Below, piece by piece: positions 27,701-39,990 of a DNA stretch of 64,000 bases (its first letter is position 1; each line of letters opens with the position of its first letter). The notes under the pieces were generated by a model that was given only the letters and a program-made list of their open reading frames with translations, made no database searches and had not been told where the DNA came from. The DNA comes from Rhina ancylostomus (taxonomy: Eukaryota), in NCBI GenBank assembly GCA_030265395.1, contig JARFYF010000002.1:68731624-68795623 (forward strand), in the 5' to 3' direction. The position numbers and the translations under genes are program-made.

Positions 27701-30700
27701 AAATTTACTGTACACCTTGAGGGCTAACCACTCCAGAGTTGAAAAAATAAATTTACATTTTCAAATTTTAAATACTAATTTAAACCACAAAAGATTCAAA
27801 GTTTAGTCAATATGAAATTTAGTTCTACAGTATTGTAAAATCTGTGCATTGGCAACAAGCCACAATCTTGCAGTTGAATATTTTCAAATGAAACAATAGA
27901 TTCAAGGAATTCCGTGGACAATTACAAGTGCTACATCAGTGAACAATGAAGGGTACACAAGGAATCACATTTTTCTTCCTTAAAAAGCATCCTGTATTCT
28001 CACTCATTTCCACAAATTAAATGGCAATTTCTTGCTATGAAATAGCATTACATATTTGCTGCAATAGAGACATAACATTTTCTTCCCTCATTGCGCACAG
28101 TACTTTATGAAAAGATGCAGAGGAGGAATATAGATTCAAAAACAGTAAAGCAGTCAATGAGACTTGTTTTAAGGGGTTCAGAGAAGATTTTCATATTTTT
28201 TAGATAGTGGCATGATCAAAGTTCAGTTTCAATTTCTAAAAATAAGTCATATTTGGCATTGTGGAATTATAGCTAGGACAATTTGGAACTGTTAAAGAAC
28301 ACTTTTGCTGAGAACAACACAAAATACTACAAATTCATTTACAGAAGGTTAAATTATGGGCTAAATGTTCTCCTCTATTACTCATGAATGAGGTTTTTTT
28401 TTAAAAAGAAGAAAGGCTAATGTGTGCGCTCAGGAACATTTTTGCCAGATTTCAAAGCCAAACTTGGGTTACAACTGTTCTGGGAAAGTTTCTTAAAGCT
28501 TCCTCACACTCCCTCACCCCAGCAAAAATTAGAGCATGTTTCTACCTAAAAATGGATTAGGAAGACAACAAAGCCGATACCGAGATGAGAATTATGCCAT
28601 TATTATATTACTACATTGCGAGTGACTTGACCACTGGGAACATTTTCAGATCCCTTTTAAATGAAATGCGTGCAAGAACAAAGATGCTCCAAAATTTACA
28701 GTTCAATAAAATTAAAGTTTGACTCCAGCCACTCCAATCATCTTGCCAGCATAGTCATCCACTTGAGTTTGAGAAGACCAACCCTTACAATACCATTCAA
28801 ATACTTACAGCATTACACTAGTTTATTCTGCAATACAAATTTTTTTCTTCCTCAAATTTATAAATTAGAGCTCAAGTCTTAAATGGATGCATCACATTCA
28901 TACCACTTTGGAATTATTCAGTTGTATTGAGGATAAGTGACATCTAAACATACATACACACAAACACAGCAGCAATTTCATTATTTTCCTCCTGTAAGGA
29001 CTTACCTGGTTCTGCAATATAGAACTTAACCATTTATTGTTGACATCTGTAACATTCTCAGCTGGTGCATGCAGTAACATAGCAAGTTAGAATATTACAT
29101 TAATTCACACAAGTTAATAAATGGGGAGACAAAGCAGTCCTTTTTACTCTTTCTACCCCCCCCAGCCCAAAACACTGAACTGATGTATGGCTGTGTCCTA
29201 CCATGGTTCATGTGTTGACCAGTCATTTTAACAGCCACCAAGAGAAAGATCGCCATCACAACCAACGGCAATTCATCTAGAGAAATCCAGTTTTGGCAGA
29301 TCCATGGCTCAGAGACATCTTTCAAAACAACCCCCAAGTTGCTGACTTAAACTGCAATTGAGTCAATCATTTTAAAACCAAACTGATTTCTCCCCCACTT
29401 TAAGTTACCAATGTTTAAGGTCAGTGACCCACAAACTGCACTAAAATCAAACACACAAAAGCAACAAACTTTCCTGATGTGTTCCAGCCAATAATATGGA
29501 AATACCAATTCAGAGTAGTGCCATTGTTGAACTTGTATACTAGTATAGGTGACTGTTTAAATAGGTCAAAATGCTGAGAAAGCTAGTATAGATCAAGTAG
29601 TCTGCAACTGTATTAAGTTTTTAAGGCAAGCTTAATGATAGTTGCAACCCAAAATTAACTTTACATTTTTCCCCAGAAAGGTTAGAGCAGCTGTATTACC
29701 CTATGCCAAATAATCTGTTCAAAGTGAAAATTTGAACTCAGTGAATCAACTAGAGAAACAGTCTAAAAGACCAGTCATTTTCAGCTCAGTTGAGATTATT
29801 TTAAAGTTAATTTAACAATGCTAAAAACACATGATCATATAAACTGAATAGCATGTTACTAATATTAATCTAGTTGCTTTCATTACCCATTGATAAATAA
29901 TACAAGCAGCCAATCACTGAGTTGAACTGCTAGATAATGACATGCAATGAAAATTGAAAGCAGTCACCACAAGTATGTGGAACATGCCATTTCCCTGCAA
30001 TGAAATCTTACATCTCTGAAATCCAAATAATGCTACATTACTGCACTTGTGTTAAAACATTTGCTTTCAACACATGCATTAAACCCAACTCCAACTAGAG
30101 ACATCTGCCATGATAATATTCTGAATAAACCCCTGCAAGTAATCACCCACATGGAACATTCCAATGAAGTAACCAACTGGAAAATAGTAAAAGCTAACAT
30201 TCACTGAAGAGTAATGTCATTGACACATCTTGTAATATTTTCCAGTTTACGCCAACATGTTGACAGATGATTTGCTTTACAAGTTAATTTTCTTTATAGA
30301 AAGGAAGCTTAAGGTACTTTTAAAGCAAGATTTGATCTGATCTTTGGATGTACAAGATACCCTACTTCAAAGGCAATTGGAAAACATGACCCAATGTGTA
30401 ATCCATAAACATGTTGGTATCAAGTACATTTTGGTAATTTAGATGCTGTTAGCTGGTTTCAACATGTTGTAGCTTTACAGTAATTGGATACCACAAAAGA
30501 GAGATCAGTCAAAATATACAACCCGAGCTACATGGTTTCTTGTCTATTCCACAATTGCTCATCTTTGTATTCCACCACAGATATGTAATATTAATTTAGC
30601 CACTGATTATTAGCTGGCCTGCATTCTCATTAGTCATATTTGACACATAATTATAACACCCAACAAAGCTCTGTACGAGAGAAAGACACGTCTGCTCTTG

Positions 30701-30779
30701 TACTCAAATCCTCTTGCAACAAAAGCCAACATACCATAACCTAATTGTTTATACCTGAATATTAACTTTCAGTGATGTG

Positions 30780-31370
30780 TGTTCAACAACATCCACATCA
30801 GTTGGAAAACCAAAATCTTTCAAGTTTTGCCTTTGCCTTTTTCTTTTGCGACTAAAGCCCAACACATTTTTGCATTACATTTCATCTGACATGTCTTTGC
30901 CCATTCTATTTCCCTCTGAAGGAAAGGGATTTCCCTCTATATCCCTCTGTATCACCCTCAGTCCTCACTGTTACCAGGCTTTGTAATATCAGCAAATTGG
31001 ATATATTGTATTTGAACCCCATTCCAAATCATAGATACAAACTGTCAACAGGCTGGACCACAGCACACCATTATATCTCATCTAAAAGCTAGCTATTTAT
31101 TCCTATTTTCCATCTGTTAACCAACCTTCAAACCATTCCAGTATTTTACCCCCAATACTAAATATTCCACTTTTATTTAACACCTCTGATGACTTACTGA
31201 AAACATTCTGAAAATCCAGATATACTGGTTTGGCCTTACCCATTCTGCTAATAATAACCAGACGAATTCCAACAGATTTGTCAAACACGACTTCCCTTTC
31301 ATGAATTTATGCTGACTCTACCCGGATTATTTTCCCCAAGTGCACTATTACCATCTAATAATGGAATCCC
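30780..31370 (-). mobile_element. CR1 RT fragment
   Basis: VYLDFQNVFSK...GIFSIGGKILEWFEGWLTDGK (ORF 31103..31288) and an SNLLI/KFAD-like remnant near 30990. Confidence 0.75.
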
Positions 31371-31859
31371 TACGCAGTTGTGATTTTTTTGATGTGATGA
31401 CAAATCAAACACTAGCACTATCCATTGCACTCTACACATTACATGCAAACATCAGCTGGCTTTGCATTATATAGATGGGATATATCAAAGTCAAGCTTAA
31501 TTACATTCTTTCTGGATCTTCACATCCATGCATCAGTCACTAGAGAAAAGGATAGAAAGACCAAAACTAGAAGATTCAACTTGATTTAGATTATGCTAAA
31601 TGTACTAATTCCCTAAATTCTGCTCAAGTTACTTGATATGTATGTTATGTAATAGCCTGATTACATTCTGCTACATCTCATCTATCCTCAAAGAATTCAG
31701 AGTTCAACTACTTTCACCATTGAGACCACTGCATGCTGCCAAAAGGCCATATAGTCCTCAAATCACCTCCATTTTTCCAACACGGAAACCCTGGATCAGT
31801 GGTGAGCATTTACTTTTCCATCTAATTGGCATATTCCATCTCTTGCATAAACTAGTATT

Positions 31860-32690
31860 TGCTTCCTCTTGCAGATCTATAAATCCCCTTGAATTTTCCC
31901 TCAAGCACAGGAAGTGCAACACTTATCCCTTCACCTCCTCCCTCACCACCTTTGACGGACTTAAACAGCCCTTTCAGATGAGGCAGAGATTCACTTGCAC
32001 CTCCTTCAACCTGGTCTTTTGCATTCAATAATGTGGCCTCCTCTACATTGGCAAGATCAAATGTAAACTAGGCAACCATTCTGTTGGCAGAACAGTGCTC
32101 TGCAACAGCCATCTCAAGCTTCTGCGTGCATGCCATTTCAACTCCCTTTCCCATTCTGACGGGTCTGTTTTTGGCCTACTCCACTACCAGAGTGAGGCCA
32201 AATACAAACTATAAGAACAACCCCTCATATTATTGTTTAGCCCACAGCCCACTGAATTTTCCAATTTCAGGTAGCACAGGTGGTGTGGGTTCCTTTNNNN
32301 NNNNNNNNNNNNNNNNNNNNNNNNNNNNNNNNNNNNNNNNNNNNNNNNNNNNNNNNNNNNNNNNNNNNNNNNNNNNNNNNNNNNNNNNNNNNNNNNGGTG
32401 TGGGTTCCTTTCCCACTCCCACCAGTCTAACTCATGTTCTCTCCCCTTTTCCCCACCTTCTCCATCTCTGCCCATCATTCCCCTTATCTGGTCCAATCTC
32501 TCACTTACAAGGTCCTGTCTCACCCCTCCCACATACTGCTATACACTGCCCATCATTCTTCTTCTTCCCCTCTACACCCTGCCAGTCCTCAATACAGGGT
32601 CTTGAACTAAAATATCAACACATTCCTTTTCCCTCTATAGATTCTGCTTGACCCACTGAGTTCTTCCAGCAGTTCAGTTTTAAACTCCAG
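31860..32690 (+). mobile_element. Penelope-like GIY-YIG relic, interrupted by an assembly gap
   Basis: RKCNTYPFTSSLTTFDGLKQPFQMRQRFTCTSFNLVFCIQ..CGLLYIGKIKCKLGNH (IYC...YIG), CT-rich tract and terminal module. Confidence 0.85.
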
Positions 32691-32699
32691 CTTATCCAA

Positions 32700-33460
32700 T
32701 CTTTCCTCACAGCCTCAATTTTCCAGTCCTAGCAACACCTCAAATCTGCTCTCCATTGAGAGACATCACTTTTCTTTGGTGTGCTGGCTAGAATTGTGCT
32801 CAGTACTCAAGCAGCTAACTGTTGTATTCTATGCCTCTACTAATATGAGAATATCCCAAATGCCTTTTTAAGCCACCTTAATCACCCATCCTAACTTTTA
32901 AAAGTCCTCAGACATGTACACCAATGTCCCACTGTTCCTCCATGCCTCTCAATGTCCTCCCAAATCTTGTACATTACCTGGTCCTGTTGTAAACACTTTC
33001 TTGGTCTAAACTCCATCTGCCACTTTTTGGCCCAAGTCAGCACAAAATCAGTACCTTCCTATAGTCCACCGCTTTCCCTTTCACCATCAAATACATTTAT
33101 TTTTTTTAAATGTATACTCTGCAAACTTTTTTTATCATGCTCCAGATGTCAAAATCTAAACTAATATAGATTACAAAAGGCATGGAACAAGAGAGACCCA
33201 TGCAATGCCAGTGATAACAGCTTTTCAGTCCAAAAAAAACTAGTTACCCTTTGCTTCCTGCCACTAAGCCAATTTTGGAATCAATTTGCCCCTCACTTGG
33301 ACTGTGGACTTTTACTATTTTCAGTAGTTGCCATGTAGTATCTTGTGGTCTACATCAAGCACACTGTCCTCAACAAACCCACTTGACAACTCCTTAAAAA
33401 ATTCAGTTCGCTAAACACAACCTTCCCTTTGTAAACCAAATGCTGGCCATCACAGATTCA
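32700..33460 (-). mobile_element. CR1 RT fragment
   Basis: Minus-strand remnants QHLVYKGRLCLAN.IF, LDVD, QIDSKIG.VAGSKG and LEYxAQFW-type (aattgtgctcagtactcaag). Confidence 0.65.
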
Positions 33461-34199
33461 TTTCCCGCCCAAGCACTAGCACCTGTTAGATTCTATCACT
33501 GTCCAAGCGAGAATCTATAAGGACATTCACATCATACACAATGATCACTGCATAAATGGAAAGCTATAACATTAAAACACAGTCATCACAAAAATCTTTA
33601 AATCCATTGAAGGATAATTGAACTAATATTATTGACCTCATCACAGGTGCTGAGGCCCTAATTACACTCAGCCAACCCACGAGGACAGGCCACATCATTC
33701 ACCTGCCCAACACCAAGCTCCCAAAACAAATGNNNNNNNNNNNNNNNNNNNNNNNNNNNNNNNNNNNNNNNNNNNNNNNNNNNNNNNNNNNNNNNNNNNN
33801 NNNNNNNNNNNNNNNNNNNNNNNNNNNNNNNNTTCCCACAGCTGAGTACTCAGGTATGAAAATGAATGTAAGGGTGAGATTTTGGCAGATGGAGACTTTT
33901 TAATCATTAAACCTTAGATAACTTATAAATACAACCAGGACAATACCATAGGAGAAACAGACACAGTTCTGCATAGCAGAGCTCAAAACCAGGTAAAAAA
34001 ACCCAGGTTTTTAATGTCTTAATCATTAAGATGTTTTAAGAAAAGCAGTGGACCACTTAACGATGTTGGGAAACTCCATTTACATTTCCCTGTAATCCAA
34101 AAGAAACCTGCCTATTATTATTTCCTGGTACTTAGGTACTCCTGCTACTCTATCCATGCTGCTATAGCTTATTTTATTTCATGTCTTCAAATTTAATGA

Positions 34200-35155
34200 C
34201 ACCTATTGAGACAACTTTCCTTCTGAGAAACCACTTGTGCCACATGTACTGCATACCCTCATTGACTCCCACTGTTCCTTTATCAAAGAACTATCACATT
34301 AGTTAAACACAACTTGCCTTGATCAAATCCATGCTGGTTTTGCTAATCAATCCATACTTGTCCAAGCAACTGCTAATTCTGTGTGATTGTTTCTAGAACT
34401 TTTAACCCTGTTAATGAGTTAATCCTTCAACCTTTTCTGAACAATGCAACACTTGCAATTTTTCAGAACTTGATCACCATCCAAAAGGTACAGCCATTTG
34501 GAAGGTTATGTCCAGACCCACTGCAACTTCCTTTCTTCAGCAACCTCAGATACAGCTGACCTGGAACAAGTGATTATCTACTTAAAGTACAACAAGCCTC
34601 TCTAGTACCTTTTAATTTTTAGCCCACCCTGGTTCCCAGCAACATCTTCCTTGATAAGTTTCCCCAAATATGTCAGCATTGCTGCTGTCTTCACACAAAA
34701 TGGAAGGAAGGTTAGGAACTTGCCTACATGTTTCTTTATAGATTCACAAAATGTTGTTGGATTTTTTTGATTTCACCTGCTAGTTTTATTTTAAACGCTT
34801 TTTGTTTTAATTTCACTTCATTTCACCTATCACTTACTCGTCTCAGACATCAAGAAAGCCTACAAGTTAACTGTTATGCTTTATCATCAAAAGGGGGCTC
34901 TAGGCCTGGCAGTCCTACCTTTGTGTAGGAAAATATTTTATTTCAACCTCTTGAGTCACCCTGAACTTTTATTTCTCTAATGCTGATGTTCAAGCAGATG
35001 TTTGCCAATTATTTCAGTCTTCCAAATAGCCTTCTCCACATGTGAAATCTTTAATCCAATTTTATTGACCTTTTCATAAATATGAAAAATCTAATTGAAT
35101 GAAAGTCACTACCACATATTGCTCTCCCACTGATACCCTTTCCACCTGCCCAGCT
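34200..35155 (-). mobile_element. Old CR1 fragment (APE-RT linker)
   Basis: QHGFDQGKLCLTN remnant at 34300-34340 and a VSVGE...SD remnant near 35110-35135. Confidence 0.55.
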
Positions 35156-35159
35156 TCAT

Positions 35160-36420
35160 CAAGTCAGAGTCATAAACACAGAAACAGCCCCTTCAACCAT
35201 CTACGTCCAAACTGCTTGTGTACCTATCTACACTGATGCCACTTACCCACTCTAAGTCCATAGCATTCCAGGCCTTTGCAATTGCTTGTCTAGATTCTTT
35301 TAAAATGTTGTGATTGTACCTGCCTATACCACCTCCTTAGGCAGCACATTCCAGGTTCCAATCTGTAAGAATAAAATTCCCTCTAAGATTTTCTCTAAAT
35401 CACCTACCTCTCACCTCAAACCCTAGTCTTAGACACACCCACCACAGGATAAAGATTTTTTACTACCTACCTTTTCTATTCCCCTCAATTAGAACCTCTT
35501 AGGTCACTCCTCTGATCTGTGGAAAACAAACCCAGCCTATCCAATTTCTCCTTGCATCTGAAATGCCCCAAACCATGCAACAGTCTTTACCTTCAGCACA
35601 ATCACATCCTTACTATAGTGTGGCAAACAGACTGAACACAATACTCCAAATGTGGCCTAATACTTTATAAAAGTTGCAACATGACAGCCCAGCTTTTATA
35701 TTTTATGCTGTAACCAATGAAGGCATGCATTCCATGCACCTTCTTCACCACCCATGCTGCTACATTCAGGAATTTATGGATTTGTACCCCAAGACTCCTT
35801 AGCTCATCAACACTCCTTAGGTCCCTACTGTGCATGGCCTACCCTTGTTTGCCTTCCCTAAATACATCATCTCACTTGTCAGGATCAAACCCCATCTGCC
35901 ATTGCTTTTCCCAACTTTCCAATTTGATCTATATCCTGCTGAAACCTTAGACAACCCTCCTTGCTATCCATGACGCTACCAATTTTCATGTCATCAACAA
36001 GCTTACTAATCGTACCCCCTACATTTACATCCAAACCATGAAGAGCCCCAGCACTGACCTTATGGTACACCACTGGTTACAGACTTCCAAATCAGAAACA
36101 CAGCCCTCCACGATCACCCCTTGCCTCCTATTGCCAAGCCAATATTGGATCCAATTTGCCAGCCTGCCCTGGATCCCAGGGGCACAAATCTTTTGGACCA
36201 GCCAATCACGAGGGACCTTGTCAAAAGGCCTTAAAGTGCACTTAGGCAATGTTTACTGGATGGTTTCATCAATATGCTTAACTACTTCAAAAAAAAATTA
36301 TTCAATCCAATTAGCAAGACAGGATTTCCACAAACAAAGCCAAGCTGATTGTCCCAAATCAATCCCTGCCATTAATCCTGTCACTTGGATTTATTTCCCA
36401 AATGTTTTCCCAATCACTGA
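35160..36420 (-). mobile_element. CR1 LINE, RT domain to 3' tail
   Basis: FDKVPRDWLVQKI..PGIQGRLANWIQYWLGNRRQGVIVEG, SVLG, DVNVGGTISKLVDDMKIG (SKFADDTK), PHLEY, and a tail ending near 35165. Confidence 0.9.
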
Positions 36421-36559
36421 TGAAATATTCACTGGTCTTCAGACCCCAGAACTAAATTCAGGATTGAAATCTCTGAACATCACTGCCCAAGTGCTTTTAC
36501 ACTGGTTAGAAATTTGGCTATAAATTTGCTATTTCCTTTGGATAGTTTGGAGGTCTGTA

Positions 36560-36750
36560 GTACACTCTCAACATTGTTATATTGCTCAAGATTATTATTC
36601 TTTAGGTCAATCTGTAGACCCTTAATGATCCTAACACATCTTGCCTTCTCACAGCTGTGATTATTATTACCATGCATGTTGTTTACTGAGCTCCTGCAAT
36701 CAAGGAATTTCATTGCATCTTGTGTATATGACAAACTAATCCAATCTAAG
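36560..36750 (+). mobile_element. Rex1/Babar-like 3' UTR remnant
   Basis: caaggaatttcattgcatcttgtgtatatgacaaac matches the tail of the 38.4 kb element (tttcattgcac...atatgacaataaa). Confidence 0.5.
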
Positions 36751-37811
36751 TAGCACACCCTTCTATCCCCCTCGATCTCAGTTGAGTAACCTGCAATCAG
36801 GAACATTAAGGTGCAGGTCCTGCCCCTTTTAATGCTTCAGTAAAACATACTTGCATGTGTCTATCTGCATCTTCAGCTCACCAGGGTTATTCACTATATC
36901 TAAGATACAGGAGGTATATGCCTTTTAAGCACAGCCAGACTGTTTTTTAATTTAATTTTAGTACCAAGCACTAAAATGTTCAAGTCATGACTACTTGATC
37001 CTAACACCAGAAAATATTATATTTCGAACCCCCAACATGCATTTTAACATCAATACCATATAATTGAATAAATAGGTTGAATGCAAGACATTTACCTTCA
37101 GATAACCTGAAAACTGCACTAAAAGGCAGTTTTCCCTTCTGTTCCAAAAATATTGTAACATTTAAACATGTCCACCTCAAAATTAAAGTGCCAACTATAT
37201 CCAACTTAATTTAATAAAGAAACCTAACAAGTTCAATTCCACTTTTCAAATACTGAAAATAAAAACTGCATTGCATCATGCGAAGAGTCACATTGGCAAC
37301 TGCTGGTTATAATCACTGCAGCAGGTGCTCCCTCCCACCCCCAACGTCTTTCCATTCAGAGAGCTGTCCAAAATCCAGCTTCAAAATGGTCATTTTATGG
37401 TAGGCCAATTTTGCATAATTTACACAATACTGATGGTTCTGGTTTCTAAAAACATTTCTAGACTTCACTCCTTTCTGAGAAGCAATTAGCTTTAAGTTTG
37501 GATCAGTTTTAAGACAGTAACAAACTTTTGGCCCACCTTTCCCATAGCACACTCATTTGATTATAAGTGCCATCTATAAACCTCTGCTGACTAATTTAGA
37601 CCCCTATTTGTTCCAACCCTTTTGAAGTGTCACTGGTCCAGCTTGTACTGGCCCCAACTTCCCCAGAATCTAGTGTTCCTTCCTGTACCCTCTCCATCAC
37701 ACATTCACATGACCTACTTCTTACTTCTGTATTCACTGACATGTGGAACCAGGCACAAACTCTATTGCTATAGAGGACAAATGCAAATTTGAAGAATAAC
37801 ATCTCATTCCT

Positions 37812-38330
37812 GAGACACATGGGGCTGCAGATGCTGGAACCAGGAGCAAAAAAAATAAACTGCTGGAGGAACTCAGTGGGTCAAATATCATCTGTGAGTT
37901 TGGGGGGNNNNNNNNNNNNNNNNNNNNNNNNNNTGGGGGGAAGGAGGAAGGAATTGTGAATGTTTTGGGCTGAGACCCTGCATCAGGAAGATAACTGGTA
38001 GAAAGAGGGAAAGGGGGAGGGGTGAGACATGGGGCTATAGGTGATAGGTGGACTAAGGAGGGGTGAGGGATGATGAGGTAGAGTTGGGAGACAGAAGCAG
38101 ATGGGTGATAGAAGCAGGCAAGAAAAGGGACAGATAGCATAGGGGAGGGTGAAAGTGGAGAAAGCTGCAGGAAGATGATAATGGGAACTATTAAGGAGAG
38201 ATGAAGGGCAGATAGAGCAGATCTGGTATCCTGATGTGGGGTCTCAACTTGAAATAACAACAATTCCTTCCCCCTCCTCACTGATGCTGCTTGACTCACT
38301 GAATTCCTCCAGCAGATTTTTTGCTTGCTA
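37812..38330. mobile_element. Inverted pair of Penelope-like terminal modules
   Basis: Minus copy at 37812-38220 and plus copy at 38225-38330. ctgctggaggaactcagtgggtca (37860-37883) is the near reverse complement of tgactcactgaattcctccagcag (38292-38315). Confidence 0.8.
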
Positions 38331-38431
38331 TCTCAAGGCTTACAACCGAAATGTCACAAACCCCGAATTTGCCTCTGGTGCTTTTCTGCCACCACACTCA
38401 CCTGTCCACCTAGTTTCCTTCTTTGCTCACT

Positions 38432-38958
38432 TTTCAAAGTCTTGTCTCAAAGTTGCATTTATTGTCATATGCACAAGTACGTGTATGAAGAGGTGCAATG
38501 AAAAAAAACTTACTTGCAGCAGCATCACAGGCATGTAGCATATAAGCAGCATTCACAAGAAAAAACAAATTAAATAAATTACAGTTTTTTTTTCCCCACA
38601 AGAAACAACACAATTAGAGCAAAAAAATAAAGTCTATTTTAGTGCAATGTGATCAGAGTGGTCAGTGCTGCTAAACTGTAGTGATTAGAGTTTTGCGGTT
38701 GGTTCACGAACTGAATGGTTGAAGGTGTTGAACCTGGTGGTATGGGACTTCAGGCTTCTGTACCACCTGCTTGAAGATTGCATGGCCCAGATGGTGGGGA
38801 CCTTTGCTGATGGATGTTGCCTTCTTGGAGGCAGCACCTCCTGTAGATACTGCCAATGGTGGGAAGGGATGTGCCTCTGGTGTACTGGCACAGTCCACTG
38901 CTATCTGCAGCTTCTTACATTCCTGTGCATTTGAATTTCTCACCTTCGCCCCCTGGGC
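38432..38958 (-). mobile_element. Rex1/Babar LINE 3' end
   Basis: AQECKKLQIAVD...KKATSISKGPHHLGHAIF...YRSLKSHTTRF (Rex1-type C-terminus), and 3' UTR tttcattgcacc...atatgacaataaa. Confidence 0.8.
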
Positions 38959-38985
38959 NNNNNNNNNNNNNNNNNNNNNNNNNNN

Positions 38986-39200
38986 CATCTGATTCCACCT
39001 GTCACCTACCAGCATCCATCTCGCCATCACCACCAAGGTCCCCAAACTCTCTCATACGACTATATACTGGCAATCTTTCCTCTTCACCCTGATGCAGGGC
39101 CTTGACCAGAAATGTCACTTCACAGCTTTTCCTCCTCAGATGCTGCTTGCCCCACTTTTCAAATATTCTTTCTTTTGTCTACAATCTGGAGATGACTATA
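38986..39200 (+). mobile_element. Penelope-like terminal module
   Basis: Pyrimidine tract followed by ccctgatgcagggccttgaccagaaatgtc...cagatgctgcttg. Confidence 0.7.
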
Positions 39201-39439
39201 TTTATGGTTCTATTGCTTAGTCTCTTTCCTAATGCCTCAGAATCTACATGTAGGTCCGTAACTCCTCTTCTACCTAAGTCACTGGTACAGTTATGAACCA
39301 CAGCCTCCGCTTGTTCAAACTTCCCCTCGAGAATGAGTCATAGACTAATACAGAAACAAGCCCTTTGTCCCAATTTGTCCATGCTGACCAAGATGTCCAC
39401 TGAAGCTTGTCCTATTTGCCTGCACTTGGCTGTAGTCTA

Positions 39440-39800
39440 GTCACTAAGTGATACCTTTGACTGTGGCAGCAGGGACACAACATACCATCCTGGAGTTATA
39501 TCTGTGGACACAAATATCTGTCTGCTTCCTCCAGCAACAAAACACCCTATAACTAACTCTTGATCATTCTCCTTCCAACATAGCCATACCATCCACAGAG
39601 CTTTGGTCCTGGTTCTGACTGCAGTCCACAGGAAAACCCATTATTTAGGGCTCAACACTGGCTTAAGAGTGAAGCTCTCACTGGTCCCCGACCTACCTGG
39701 CTGTGATTTCACCCTATTCTTGAAGTGTGGAGTGCACATCTCCCAAAACATACTCTCCACAAAACACTCAACCTTGCTCATGGACTACTGTGACATCAAA
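39440..39800 (-). mobile_element. CR1 ORF1 (SGNH-esterase-like) remnant
   Basis: Minus strand gttatagggtg...agacagatatttgtg...tccaggatggtatgttgtgtccct resembles VIGDS.VRG.DR..C.....SRMVCCLP. Confidence 0.5.
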
Positions 39801-39990
39801 TATTGCTGAAGCTCCAAAAGCTCAAACAGAAGGAGCCCATTACCTCACCACCCATCAAGTACTTCCTGCCACATTTGTGGGGCAGTCTACAGTTCCAATA
39901 TTGGCCTCATTGGCAATCTCAGACCCTACAAAGCTAGAGTGGAAGCAAGGCATCTACAGTCCTGAGAGACTGCCTATGATGAGGAAGAAT
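39800..39990 (+). mobile_element. RTE 3' tail
   Basis: ttcctgccacatttgtgg...ttggcctcattggc...gagtggaagcaagg...cctgagagactgcctatgatgaggaaga, similar to 63930-63970. Confidence 0.6.

Noticed and set aside
32282-32411. 15-bp direct repeat GGTGTGGGTTCCTTT
   Set aside because: It flanks a 100-N gap, the same artefact as above.
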